Part shown: positions 51,972 to 61,761 of the stretch, piece by piece
Numbering within the stretch: the first letter of the stretch is position 1
How the letters are laid out: each line of letters starts with the position of its first letter
Source: a bacterium
Lineage (GTDB): Bacteria > UBA8248
Reading direction: 5' to 3'
DNA length: 64,000 nt
Assembly (NCBI GenBank): GCA_965213625.1
Contig: CBDBZU010000004.1
Coordinates: 1,312,001-1,376,000, forward strand
Translations under genes and position numbers: made by a program
Notes under the pieces: model-generated
Told to the model about the DNA's origin: nothing
What the model saw: the letters and a program-made list of their open reading frames with translations, nothing else
The model's database searches: none

Positions 51972-52364
51972 TCACTCCCCCCTTGAGGGAACCGTTGAAA
52001 AAATACTGATTCCGTGATTTGTCGAATGGAACCAACTGGGTAGGAGAGTCCGTAGGGACAGGTCGCGACCTTGTCCCTACATTCTTGTTTATCGACCGAG
52101 CAAAGGCATCGTCATTCCGGTGTCGGAGCCGATTGATGAATGAGGGTTCAACGGAATCCATTTGTTTTGCCTTTGTTTTTTATCTGATTGGTTCTCGCCA
52201 ATAATGGGGAGATGAAAAGCCGACGTATTGTCATTCTGCTTTAGAATGGATTCCGGCTTTCACCGGAATTGACCCCTGACAAGGGGGGGTAAGGGGTTGG
52301 TTTTCAAGGCAGGGGGAGGACGAGCAGGGCGGGTTTTTCAACAAGCCCCTCAAGGGGGGAGTGA
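51972..52364. mobile_element. Nested repeat: palindromic flanks, IS1182-like ends, inner REP units
   Basis: Flanks TCACTCCCCCTTGAGGG / CCCTCAAGGGGGGAGTGA; CGTTGAAAAAA / TTTTTCAACAAGCCCC; inner GTAGGGACAGGTCGCGACCTTGTCCCTAC and a core homologous to 21128-21245. Confidence 0.6.
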
Positions 52365-52458
52365 AATTCAGTGCGCTCCTTCTGTGGGGTTTTTCAAAAA
52401 CCCCGTCTGCTACCCCTACAGTCCCTTCACTTCGCGCGGGTGAGACGAGCGCGCCCCG

Positions 52459-54747
52459 TCACTTCTTCCGGTCGAGAGCCATCAGCAAGGGCGGCAGAAG
52501 CAGGAAGTCGGTGAGGAGCCCAAAGATGATCGTGATCGAAACCATGAGACCGAGTGTCCAACTCCCCTCGTAGCCCGATAACGTGAACATCAGGAAGCCC
52601 GCCGACAAAACCACGGTCGTTGTCCATAGCGCATGTCCTACGGTGCGAAAGACGGCGCCTACGGCCTCGGGCGCGGTAAGGCCCTCGCGGCGGCTCTTCA
52701 GGTATTTGCTCAGAAAATGAATCGTGTCGTCCACGATAATGCCGAAAGCGATTATGGTCATCACGGAGGCTGCTAGACTCACGCGGCTTACCAGATAACC
52801 CCACAGGCCGAAGGTCATGGCGGCGGGAATGAAGTTGGGCACGAGGCTGATGAGGCCCAGGCGCACGTTTTTGAAAACCAGGATCAATATGAGCGAAATG
52901 AGGGTCATGCCGATGAACGTTCCGCGCAGCATGCTTTTCATGTTTCGTTGCGTGAGGTGAGCGAAGATCATGCTGATACCCGATGCTTCGGCTGCGAATT
53001 CGGGTATGTTGGCGCGCAGCCAGGTCTGCGCGCGCAGATCGAGCGCACGTAAGCCTCGAGCCGAGACGCCCTGGACCGTTACAGTCATTCGTGTTGCGGA
53101 TTTCCCGACATCGATGCGGTCGTTGAGGTCGCTGCCGAACGGAAGGGAAAACTCATAAAGCAGCAGATATTGCGCGGAGAGCCTGGAATTCCCAGGCAGG
53201 CGATAAAAGGCCGGGTCGTCGCCATGCATGTTCTTGTTCAAGCGCTTCATGATATTCGTGAACGCCCGGACGTGGGTGACTTCGGGCTGTTTTCGGTACC
53301 AATCGGCGAAGGCCTCTACTTTTTTCAGGTATCCGGGGTCGGTAATGCCGCCTTCGCGCCCCGCTTTCAACGAGTATTCCAGCGAATTCAAGCCGGTCAG
53401 GTTTTTGATCACGAAATCCGTGTCGCGCCGGAACTGGTAACGATCATCGAACTGCTTCGTCCAATCTTCGCTCAGTTCATTCCGGGGAATACCGGTGAGC
53501 AAAAGGATCGTCAATATGGAGACGAACCAAAACAGGGGCGTGCGGCGCGCGACGACGAAAGCGCCGAAACGATCGAAAAAGCCGGACACTCCGTTGTGGC
53601 GACGAGGCGCGCGCAGCGGCAGGATTGAAAGCAGCGTGGGTAGAAGTGTGATGGAATAGAAAAAAACGGATAAAACCCCGAACGCCACCAGATTGCCCAG
53701 TTCCTGAAAAGGCGGTGAATCTGAGGTGTTCAGGCTCAGGAAACCGATCGCCGTCGTGAGCGAGGTGAGAAACACCGGCCAGATGTTGCTGCGAAGCGAT
53801 TCCATGATCGCCCCGTTTCTGTCCAGACCTTTTCGCATGGCGATAAGAGTGGTCGAGACGATGTGGATTGAATGGGCAACGGCAATCACCATGACGATGA
53901 TCGGGAGGCCGGCGGTGATGGGGCTGAACACCAGGCCTACCCACCCTGTGAATCCCATGGTGGTGTTGATGGAGAATATAATAACGAAAACGATAGCCAG
54001 GGTGCCGAGCAGCGAGCGCAGTAGAAGGGCCGTACCGATGATGACGACGAAAAACGCGATAAGCCCGATGTTCTCCATCGTACTCGCGGTGGCGTCGGCG
54101 ACGGTGCGGTTCAAAACGACGTTGCCGGTCAGGTAGTACGTGATATCGGGATGGCTCGTGCGGGCCTTGCTCAGAACGGCGTTCAGATAATCGGTTATCT
54201 CGACTACCACATTTTCTTGTTTTTCAGGCAAGACGAAAGTGATCACCAGCCCGCCCACGCGTCCACCCTGAGAGACCAGACGACCGGAAAGATCGGCCGA
54301 ATTCAGCGCGACCTCCCTGATGCGCGCGAGGTCGGTGTCGCTGAGCGCGCTCGCTTCATCGACGAGCGGCTCGACTATCAGATCATCCCCCTCCGCCCGG
54401 CTGTGGTTGTAGTTCGTGAGGGAGTCGACCCGGCTCGAATGCGGCGTCTTCCAGGCGGCTTCGGTCAACTCCTCGATGGCGCCGAGCGCCTCACGTGTGA
54501 ACACCGAGCCCTCGCGAGTCGCAATGGCGATGAGCGCCGTATCGGATTTGGAGTAGGTATCCTGCAAAATGTCGAAAGCAGCGAGTTGGGGATTGTCTTT
54601 GCCCAATAAAATACGGTAGTCATCCGAGACGGTGATGTAGCGGGTTCCCGCCGTCATCAGCAGCATGAGCAGAGAAACCAGCCCGACGATCAGCCAACGG
54701 CGGCGCAGAACAACATCTAGGTAGTGGTCCACATGCAAAAGAGTCAT
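52459..54747 (-). CDS. MMPL/RND-family transporter, copy 2 (start may be 54786)
   Basis: SVFTREAL..RVDSLTNY, PVFLTSLTTAIGFLSLN, GIIVDDTIHF; hydrophobic clusters in two repeats. Confidence 0.9.
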   Translation of the reverse strand: MTLLHVDHYLDVVLRRRWLIVGLVSLLMLLMTAGTRYITVSDDYRILLGKDNPQLAAFDILQDTYSKSDTALIAIATREGSVFTREALGAIEELTEAAWKTPHSSRVDSLTNYNHSRAEGDDLIVEPLVDEASALSDTDLARIREVALNSADLSGRLVSQGGRVGGLVITFVLPEKQENVVVEITDYLNAVLSKARTSHPDITYYLTGNVVLNRTVADATASTMENIGLIAFFVVIIGTALLLRSLLGTLAIVFVIIFSINTTMGFTGWVGLVFSPITAGLPIIVMVIAVAHSIHIVSTTLIAMRKGLDRNGAIMESLRSNIWPVFLTSLTTAIGFLSLNTSDSPPFQELGNLVAFGVLSVFFYSITLLPTLLSILPLRAPRRHNGVSGFFDRFGAFVVARRTPLFWFVSILTILLLTGIPRNELSEDWTKQFDDRYQFRRDTDFVIKNLTGLNSLEYSLKAGREGGITDPGYLKKVEAFADWYRKQPEVTHVRAFTNIMKRLNKNMHGDDPAFYRLPGNSRLSAQYLLLYEFSLPFGSDLNDRIDVGKSATRMTVTVQGVSARGLRALDLRAQTWLRANIPEFAAEASGISMIFAHLTQRNMKSMLRGTFIGMTLISLILILVFKNVRLGLISLVPNFIPAAMTFGLWGYLVSRVSLAASVMTIIAFGIIVDDTIHFLSKYLKSRREGLTAPEAVGAVFRTVGHALWTTTVVLSAGFLMFTLSGYEGSWTLGLMVSITIIFGLLTDFLLLPPLLMALDRKK

Positions 54748-54848
54748 CGCCTCAGTGTGAAAGGTTCGGTACCGCTTCACGGACACCGATTCCAGCGCTA
54801 AGCGTTCATTTCATGGTTATGTAATGCGTGTCTCTGAGCGAACATCGT

Positions 54849-56022
54849 TTACCATTCGCTCTGTTTCGTCGCGCGTACGTGGTCAGGCATCCTGTAGCTG
54901 ATGCCTCCCCTGTCGTACTGCGCAGCGTCGAAAATCTGGGAGAACGCGTCTTCTCGAAAGAGTTTGGTGCCTCTCAACAATTGGAAGAGGCGTTCCCTGA
55001 CCCGGTAGTAGCCCAGCACCAGGGTTCTGCTTCTCAATGTCTTCGGATATTGGTAGGTGTCGGCGAGTTCGTTGCCTATGAGCGCTCGTGAAAGGCGGTA
55101 GGCGTACTTTTCCAGAGATTTTATTTCTGCTTCGCTCGTCAGCCCCGACATTATCGGAATGGCCTTGAATACCGTATTCGCCACGGCCAGACAATCAGAG
55201 TCCGGCGGCGGCTCGCACATGGAGGCGATATTGCGAAGCTCCCTCGCCTCTTGCTCGTTGGTGAAGAGGATGGTTTCGGGAACTCCGAGCAGATAGCCGG
55301 CGTAGCGCCAGATACTGACGATGCTTTCTTTTTCCTCCTGCGTGAGCTTGCCGCCCAGCGCGATTGCGTGTTCGAACTGACGTATGGAAAAAGTGTACAA
55401 GGAAACTCCGCCCAGGTGCGCCGCGCTCAGAGGCGTTCCCCACGCTTCGTGATCCCAGGCGTCGGAATTCGCCATCAGATGCCTGATCCGGGCATGGACG
55501 AAGCGAATGCGCATGGATATCTTCCATCCGTCGCCGTCTCTATCCAGCCCACCGGGATAATAAATTTCGACCATGTGGCGGTTATTCTGCCTGAGGCGTC
55601 TGATGGCTCCGTCATCCAGTCCGGTCACGCGCCCGGTGATGAAGAAAGATTTGGCGACGAGCGTCCCGAAGCCTTCCACCGCGCTGCCGACGGCGTATGC
55701 GATGAGCATGTTGGTCATGTTTTCGAAGAAGGCGCGCATGCCCGGCTTGAAGGCCTCGAAGTCGACCCAGGGAGGCACGTCGGAATCGACTTTCTCGAAG
55801 AAGTCGCGCAAGACTTTCGGAGCTTCGCGCAGAACGCCGTGGTGCTGCTCTATACCGGCCTCGATGAATGCGTGCAGGTCGTAGGCAGGGAGGGAGGATA
55901 TCTCCTCCATCACCCAGTTCGGCATCGCCTATGGTGGTGTGCCGGATGTAGTTGTCTACTGATTCTTGATCGAATTGATGATTGTTCTGATAACCTTCAA
56001 CGTATGCGGATGGTATTTGCAT
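54849..56022 (-). pseudogene. MpaB/Lcp-like heme oxygenase (DUF2236-like), frameshifted near 55914
   Basis: MQIPSAY..NYIRHTTIGDAEL in one frame continues as VMEEISSL.. in another; VPPWVD, RIRFVHARIR, WGTPLS, WRYAGYLLGVP. Confidence 0.7.
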
Positions 56023-56393
56023 TGCCAAAAGGCCCCCTTCTAAGCCTATGCAGTGCTTACGCGAATCTCCCGGTGAGACGAAGTATGAATTCATCCGTAA
56101 AAGACAAGTCCGTCTATTCATTGGGTCACACCGGAACTAAGCGATGAGTAGACACTATCCAAAAGTAGTCAAAATATCCTCGCAACCTTGATGGCTCCTG
56201 ATAACTATTTGTTTCACCATTCTTTATGATATCAATATAATTACTTTAACATATTATCAAATTCATTTGGCTGCGCAAGAATTTTTTCAGACAACCCCGG
56301 ATGGGTTGCCTGTCCACATTCACCCGCAATCTCCGGCGGAAACAACTCGCAATCTCGAATCACTTGCCTGATGGGCGAGGCTGAATGGCGACG

Positions 56394-58682
56394 TCACTTC
56401 TTCCGGTCGAGAGCCATCAGCAGGGTCGGCAGAAGCAGGAAATCGGCCAGGAGCGCGAATACGAGCGTGATCGCCACCATCAGGCCGAGCGTCCTGCTGC
56501 CGTGGAACCCCGATGTGGCGAACACCAGGAAGCTCAGTGACAATACCGCCGTCGTCGTCCATAGCGCCTGGCCCACAATTCGAAAGGCGGCGCGCACGGC
56601 TCCAGGCGCGGGGATGCCCATCCGGCGGGCTTTTTGATATCGGCTCATAAAGTGAATGGTATCGTCCACGATGATTCCGAACGCGATGGCGGTCATCAAC
56701 GAGCCGGCAAAGTCCACCTGGCCGACCATATAGCCCCACAGGCCGAAGGTCATGGCGGCGGGGAGAAAGTTGGGCACGAGGCTGATGAGCCCCAGCCGAA
56801 CGCTTTTGAAAACCAAGATCAGGAGTAAAGAGATAATCAGCATGGCGATGATCGTGCCGCGCAGCATGCCATGGATGTTTCTAATCGATAGATGCGCGAA
56901 GATCATGGTGATGCCGGATGCCTCGGCCGCGAATTCGGGTATGTTGGCGCGGAGCCAGGCTTTGGCGTGCTCGTCGAGTTCGCGCTGGTCCTTGGAGGAT
57001 CGGTTGCGAACCATGACGCTCATTCGCGTCGTGGATTTGGCGACGTCGATGCGGTCGTTGAGGTCCATGCCGAAGGGAAGCGAGAACTCATACAGCAGAA
57101 GATACTGCGCGGCGAGCTTCGGATCCTCAGGGAGCCGGTAGTAGGCCGGGTCGTCTCCGTGCATGTTCTTGTTCAGACGCTTCATGATGTTCGTAAAAGC
57201 TTGGACGTGGCTCACTTCCGGCTGCTCCCGGTACCAATTGGCGAAGGTCTCGACTTTTTTCAGGTATTCAGGCTCGGTGATGCCGCCTTCGCGCCCCGCC
57301 TTGAGCGCGTATTCCAGGAAATTCATGCTGTTCAGGTTATCAAAGATGAAATCCGAATCGCGGCGGAACCGGTAGCGCTCGTCAAAATAGTGCGCCCATC
57401 TGTCGGTCAACTCGTTGCGTGGAATGCCTGTGATGAGAACAGCCGTCAGAACGGCGACGAAACAGAGCAGAAACACCCGGCGCTTGACCACGAAAGCGCC
57501 GAATCGGACGAAAAAAGGGGATTTGCCGGAGGGGATTCGGCGTGCGCGCAACGGCAGAACCGAAAGTACGGCCGGCAGCAGGGTCATCGAGTAGACGAAG
57601 GCCCACAGAACGCCGAGCGCCACGAGATTTCCCAGAATACGGGCTGGAGGCGAATCGGAGTAGTTCAGGCTCAGGAATCCGATCGCGGTCGTGATCGAAG
57701 TCAGGAACACCGGCCATGCGTTGCTCCGAAGCGATTCGGCAATCGCCGCATCCTTGTCCAACCCATGGTCCATGCCCAGCAGCGTGGTCGTGATGATGTG
57801 GATTGAGTGGGCGACGCATGTCGCCATGACAATGGTCGGTACGCCGGCATTTGTGGGGCTGAACACCGTACCGAGCCAGCCCGCAATCCCCATCGTGTTG
57901 AAGATGACGAACCCGATCACGACGATGATGGAAAACGTGCCGAGAAACGAGCGCAAAAGAAGTGTGCTGATGACGACAATCATGATGAACACGATTGGAG
58001 CCAGGAAGACGAAATCATTGTAAGTCGCCACGGAGAAGGTGCGGTTACTGATCACGTCACCGCTCAGGTAGTAGGCGATTTCCGGGTATCTGGCCCCGGC
58101 TTTCTTCAAGATAGCGTTCAGGTAATCGTTTATAGAGACCACCGCAGCGTCCATGTCGTCGGGCAGAACGAAAGTGACCGCCAGCCCGGCCACATGCCCC
58201 TCCCGGGAGACCAGACGACCGGGCAGATCGCGCGACTCGAGCGCGATTTTCCTGATTCGCGCGAGATCGGCATCGCTCAGCGAGCGCGCATCATCGACGA
58301 GCGGCTCGACGATCAACTCATCTCCCTTCGCCCAGCTATGGGTATAGTTCGTAAGTGAGTCGACCCGTCTGGAATGGGGTGTTCGCCACGCGGCTTCGGT
58401 TAATTCCTCGAGAGCGGCGAGCGCTTCTCGGGTGAACACCGAGCCCCCACGCGGAGCGATGGCGATGAACGCCATGTTGGATGTGGAAAAAATGTTCTCG
58501 AGAGCCTTGAAATCGGCGTACTGTGGATTTTCTTCGCTGAACAAGATGCGGTAGTCGTTCGTGACGCCGATGAAGAGCGCGCCGGTACCCGTGAGCAGCA
58601 TGATCAGCGTGGCGATCGCGATAACCGGCCAACGATAGCGTAGAACGGCGTTGGTATAGCGGTCCAATAGTATGGAAATCAT
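56394..58682 (-). CDS. MMPL/RND-family transporter, copy 3
   Basis: Paralog of copies 1 and 2; GIIVDDTIHF; 3' end identical to copy 2 (LLMALDRKK). Confidence 0.9.
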   Translation of the reverse strand: MISILLDRYTNAVLRYRWPVIAIATLIMLLTGTGALFIGVTNDYRILFSEENPQYADFKALENIFSTSNMAFIAIAPRGGSVFTREALAALEELTEAAWRTPHSRRVDSLTNYTHSWAKGDELIVEPLVDDARSLSDADLARIRKIALESRDLPGRLVSREGHVAGLAVTFVLPDDMDAAVVSINDYLNAILKKAGARYPEIAYYLSGDVISNRTFSVATYNDFVFLAPIVFIMIVVISTLLLRSFLGTFSIIVVIGFVIFNTMGIAGWLGTVFSPTNAGVPTIVMATCVAHSIHIITTTLLGMDHGLDKDAAIAESLRSNAWPVFLTSITTAIGFLSLNYSDSPPARILGNLVALGVLWAFVYSMTLLPAVLSVLPLRARRIPSGKSPFFVRFGAFVVKRRVFLLCFVAVLTAVLITGIPRNELTDRWAHYFDERYRFRRDSDFIFDNLNSMNFLEYALKAGREGGITEPEYLKKVETFANWYREQPEVSHVQAFTNIMKRLNKNMHGDDPAYYRLPEDPKLAAQYLLLYEFSLPFGMDLNDRIDVAKSTTRMSVMVRNRSSKDQRELDEHAKAWLRANIPEFAAEASGITMIFAHLSIRNIHGMLRGTIIAMLIISLLLILVFKSVRLGLISLVPNFLPAAMTFGLWGYMVGQVDFAGSLMTAIAFGIIVDDTIHFMSRYQKARRMGIPAPGAVRAAFRIVGQALWTTTAVLSLSFLVFATSGFHGSRTLGLMVAITLVFALLADFLLLPTLLMALDRKK

Positions 58683-58902
58683 CGTCTTGGAATTTCCGTA
58701 GAGTATGGCGGCGGGTTCGTCAATTCAGGTCCACGGCGCCCTCGTCAAGACCGGGCTTCCTTCGGATGATGGGGAGAGACGCGGCAAGTGTTCTGCCTCA
58801 TCTCTTTATGTGAAAATCGGGACACCTCTTCATTTGTAGTTTTACTTTCCGTCACAACGACACAAGAATACTATGAATGGATTCTGCTGCGCGAGGGTTT
58901 TT

Positions 58903-59613
58903 TCAGCCGATTCCCAAGTGGGTTTTCCTGACTTCCTCGTTCGCCCACAATTCCTGCGGCAAGGATTCATGGACGACTTTTCCGTTCGCGATGACGCAAA
59001 CCCTGTCCACCGTCTTGACGGCGAAGGCGGCGTTCTGCTCCACGAGTACGACGGCGAGTCCTTCGGCCTTGAGCGACTGTATGGCGTTTCCGATGTCCTG
59101 GATGATCATCGGCGCGAGTCCCTCGGAGGGTTCATCCATGATGAGGCAGCTCGGGTTGGTCATCAGGGCGCGGCCCACGGCCAGCATCTGCTGCTCGCCT
59201 CCCGAGAGGGAACCCGCCCGCTGGTTGGCGCGCTCGCCGAGACGGGGGAAGAGTTCGTAGACTTCCTTGAAATCCCAGCGATAGCCCACGTCGTGCTCCT
59301 GTTGGGCCACCAGCAGGTTTTCGCGCACCGAGAGAGTCGGGAACACGCGCCTGCCCTGCGGGCACAAGCCGATTCCCATCTTGGAGATGTCGAAGCTGTT
59401 TGTGGTGGTGATGTCCTCTCCCCGGAAATGGATGGCGCCTTGCCTTGGCGGCACGAAACCCATGATCGAGTTGATCAGCGTTGTCTTGCCCATGCCGTTT
59501 CTGCCGAGAATGCCCAGCGTCTCCCCCTCATCGACGTGGATGCTCAAGCCCTGCAGGACGTAGGATTCGCCGTAGTAGGTGTGGATATCGTTCACGCTCA
59601 GAAGGGTCGACAC
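58903..59613 (-). CDS. livF: Branched-chain amino acid ABC transporter ATPase (LivF-like)
   Basis: GRNGMGKTT, LSGGEQQML, MDEPSEGLAP, VEQN. Confidence 0.9.
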   Translation of the reverse strand: MSTLLSVNDIHTYYGESYVLQGLSIHVDEGETLGILGRNGMGKTTLINSIMGFVPPRQGAIHFRGEDITTTNSFDISKMGIGLCPQGRRVFPTLSVRENLLVAQQEHDVGYRWDFKEVYELFPRLGERANQRAGSLSGGEQQMLAVGRALMTNPSCLIMDEPSEGLAPMIIQDIGNAIQSLKAEGLAVVLVEQNAAFAVKTVDRVCVIANGKVVHESLPQELWANEEVRKTHLGIG

Positions 59614-59614
59614 G

Positions 59615-60373
59615 TCAATCCGCCTTTCCGAGATAGATTTCCTGCACCTTGGGGTCGTTGCGGATGTCGTCACTCGGCCCCTCGGCGAGAACCTCGCCGT
59701 AGTGCAGAACGCTGATGTGGGAGACGACCCCGAAAATGACGTCCAGATCGTGCTCGATGATGAGAATGGCGATCTCGGGGTCGAGCGATTTCAGGAAATT
59801 GGCCATCTCGTGGGATTCTCCCGTGGCCAGGCCGGCGGAAGGTTCGTCGAGAAGCAAAACCTTGGGTTCACTTGCCAGGGCGAGGACGATTTCGAGCTGG
59901 CGCTGCTCCCCATGGGAGAGGTTGCGGACCTCCTGATCCCTCAAATGCCAGAAGTTCACGTCACTCAGAAGCTTTTCGGCTTTTTCGTACACGTCCTTGT
60001 ACTTGAAAAGCGGTTTCAGCATCATCATTTTCATCTTCCGCAAGCCCTGCACGGCGAGCAGAACGTTCTCGAGCACGGTGAGCTTGGGGAAAAGGCTGGT
60101 GATCTGGAAGGTGCGCGCCATGCCTAAGGCCACGCGTTTGTGGGTGGGCCACCCCGAGACATCCTGGCCGAAAAGACGGATGCGGCCCGAGGTAAGCGGG
60201 AGAACGCCCGTTATCAGATGAAACAGCGTGGTCTTCCCCGCTCCGTTCGGCCCCAGGATTCCCCGCCGTTCTCCGAGGTTCAGGCGTAGATTTACGTCCT
60301 CGACGGCGTGAAGGCCGCCGAAATGTTTCGTTACGCCATCCAGTTCCAGCCCTGGTTGCTGCTCGTTCGCCAA
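59615..60373 (-). CDS. livG: Branched-chain amino acid ABC transporter ATPase (LivG-like)
   Basis: GPNGAGKTT, ARTFQ, LSHGEQR, LDEPSAG, IEHD, VQEIYLG. Confidence 0.9.
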   Translation of the reverse strand: MANEQQPGLELDGVTKHFGGLHAVEDVNLRLNLGERRGILGPNGAGKTTLFHLITGVLPLTSGRIRLFGQDVSGWPTHKRVALGMARTFQITSLFPKLTVLENVLLAVQGLRKMKMMMLKPLFKYKDVYEKAEKLLSDVNFWHLRDQEVRNLSHGEQRQLEIVLALASEPKVLLLDEPSAGLATGESHEMANFLKSLDPEIAILIIEHDLDVIFGVVSHISVLHYGEVLAEGPSDDIRNDPKVQEIYLGKAD

Positions 60374-60410
60374 ACCTGATAACTCCTACGGAAAGTCCAC
60401 CGGCGCGAAT

Positions 60411-60442
60411 CCGCCGCCCGGGCCGTGAAACCCGGACGGCGG
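60411..60442 (-). terminator. Intercistronic hairpin after the substrate-binding gene
   Basis: - strand CCGCCGTCCGGG-loop-CCCGGGCGGCGG (12-bp stem with one G-U pair). Confidence 0.5.
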
Positions 60443-60454
60443 GAACATGCGCCC

Positions 60455-61708
60455 TTACTTACAATGTTTGCACGGCGGGAACTTCTTGCTGTACACGGGG
60501 TCTTTCAGGAATTCCTTATCCGTCCACTTCCAGAACTGCCCCACGGCCGGGTAGGTCTTTATCACCATGTTCCACAGCGAGTTCGGCTTCACGCCCAGAC
60601 CCATGCGGTCGCCCTTCACGCGAGACACCTTGCGGATGTAGCTGTTCTGCACCGGGTTTCCGTATGCATCCAGATACACCGGCCCTCTGATGGCGTTGAT
60701 GCGAATGGTCTTGAACGCCTTCAGGAACGCATCGGTGTTCTCCGGCTTGTAGCCGATTTTCTTGAGAGTCAGGTCTATCCACTGGCCCGTGGTGTAGCAG
60801 GTCTCCGAGTAGTAGGAGGCCATCTTCCCGTAGCGCTGCTGATATTCCTTGACGAACGCCTTGTTCTTGTCCGTCGTGAGGGCGGCGCTGTACTGCGCGG
60901 CCGTCACGTAGCCGAGCGCCTCGTCGCCCATGCTGGGCAGGATGAACTCATCCGCGCTCGTCACACCGCCGAGCATGGGCATCTTGAATCCTGCTGCCCG
61001 GAACTGTTTCGGGAAGGCCAGGGACATGGGGCCGACCATCAGCGTAAAGATGGCGTCGGCGTCCTTGGGGATTTGCGGCAGGTAGGGGCCGAAGTCCTTC
61101 GTGCCGAGTTTCGCCCATATCTTCTTGACGACCTTGCCGCCGCGCGCCTCGAAGGCCTTCTGGAAGCCGCCCACGGTCTCGTAGCCGAACGCGTAGTCCG
61201 CGCCGATGGTGACCACGTTGCGGTAGCCCTGGTCGTATGCCCACTCTCCGAGCGGATGGCTGTTCTGGCTGCTCGTGAACCCGCTGCGCAGGAAGTGCTT
61301 GAAGAGCTTGCGCTGGGTGAGGTCGTCCGCCGCAGGCACGGGCGAGATATAGGGCACCTTGAAGCGGTCGCCCACCGGAGCGAGCGCGTATCCGGTGCTT
61401 GCGAGCAGGCCGCCGATGAACATGTGCACCTTGTCGCGCTTGATGAGTTTGAGCGCCTTGCGCACGTTCACGGCCGGTTTGCCGGTGGAGTCCTCGAGGA
61501 TGAACTTGACGTCCAGGGGACCCATCTTGTTCTTCGTGTGCGCCATGTACATCTTGAAGCCGTTGCTCATGTCCTTGCCGATCTGGGCGAAGATGCCCGT
61601 CATCGGCGCGATGAACCCGATGCGCACCTCGGCCGCCTGGGCGCTGCCGAAGCTGGCGGAGAAGGTGAGGCCGAGCACTGCGATAATGGTGATAAATTTC
61701 CGTTTCAT
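60455..61708 (-). CDS. ABC transporter substrate-binding protein (LivK/PBP type 1)
   Basis: Signal peptide MKRKFITII..AQA, IGFIAPMTG, ADYAFGYE; GAGGGAGG RBS. Confidence 0.9.
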   Translation of the reverse strand: MKRKFITIIAVLGLTFSASFGSAQAAEVRIGFIAPMTGIFAQIGKDMSNGFKMYMAHTKNKMGPLDVKFILEDSTGKPAVNVRKALKLIKRDKVHMFIGGLLASTGYALAPVGDRFKVPYISPVPAADDLTQRKLFKHFLRSGFTSSQNSHPLGEWAYDQGYRNVVTIGADYAFGYETVGGFQKAFEARGGKVVKKIWAKLGTKDFGPYLPQIPKDADAIFTLMVGPMSLAFPKQFRAAGFKMPMLGGVTSADEFILPSMGDEALGYVTAAQYSAALTTDKNKAFVKEYQQRYGKMASYYSETCYTTGQWIDLTLKKIGYKPENTDAFLKAFKTIRINAIRGPVYLDAYGNPVQNSYIRKVSRVKGDRMGLGVKPNSLWNMVIKTYPAVGQFWKWTDKEFLKDPVYSKKFPPCKHCK

Positions 61709-61761
61709 CTGTTTTCCTCCCTCATTTCGTCTCAACGAAGAGACGCGGTGCCGCGCCGTCC

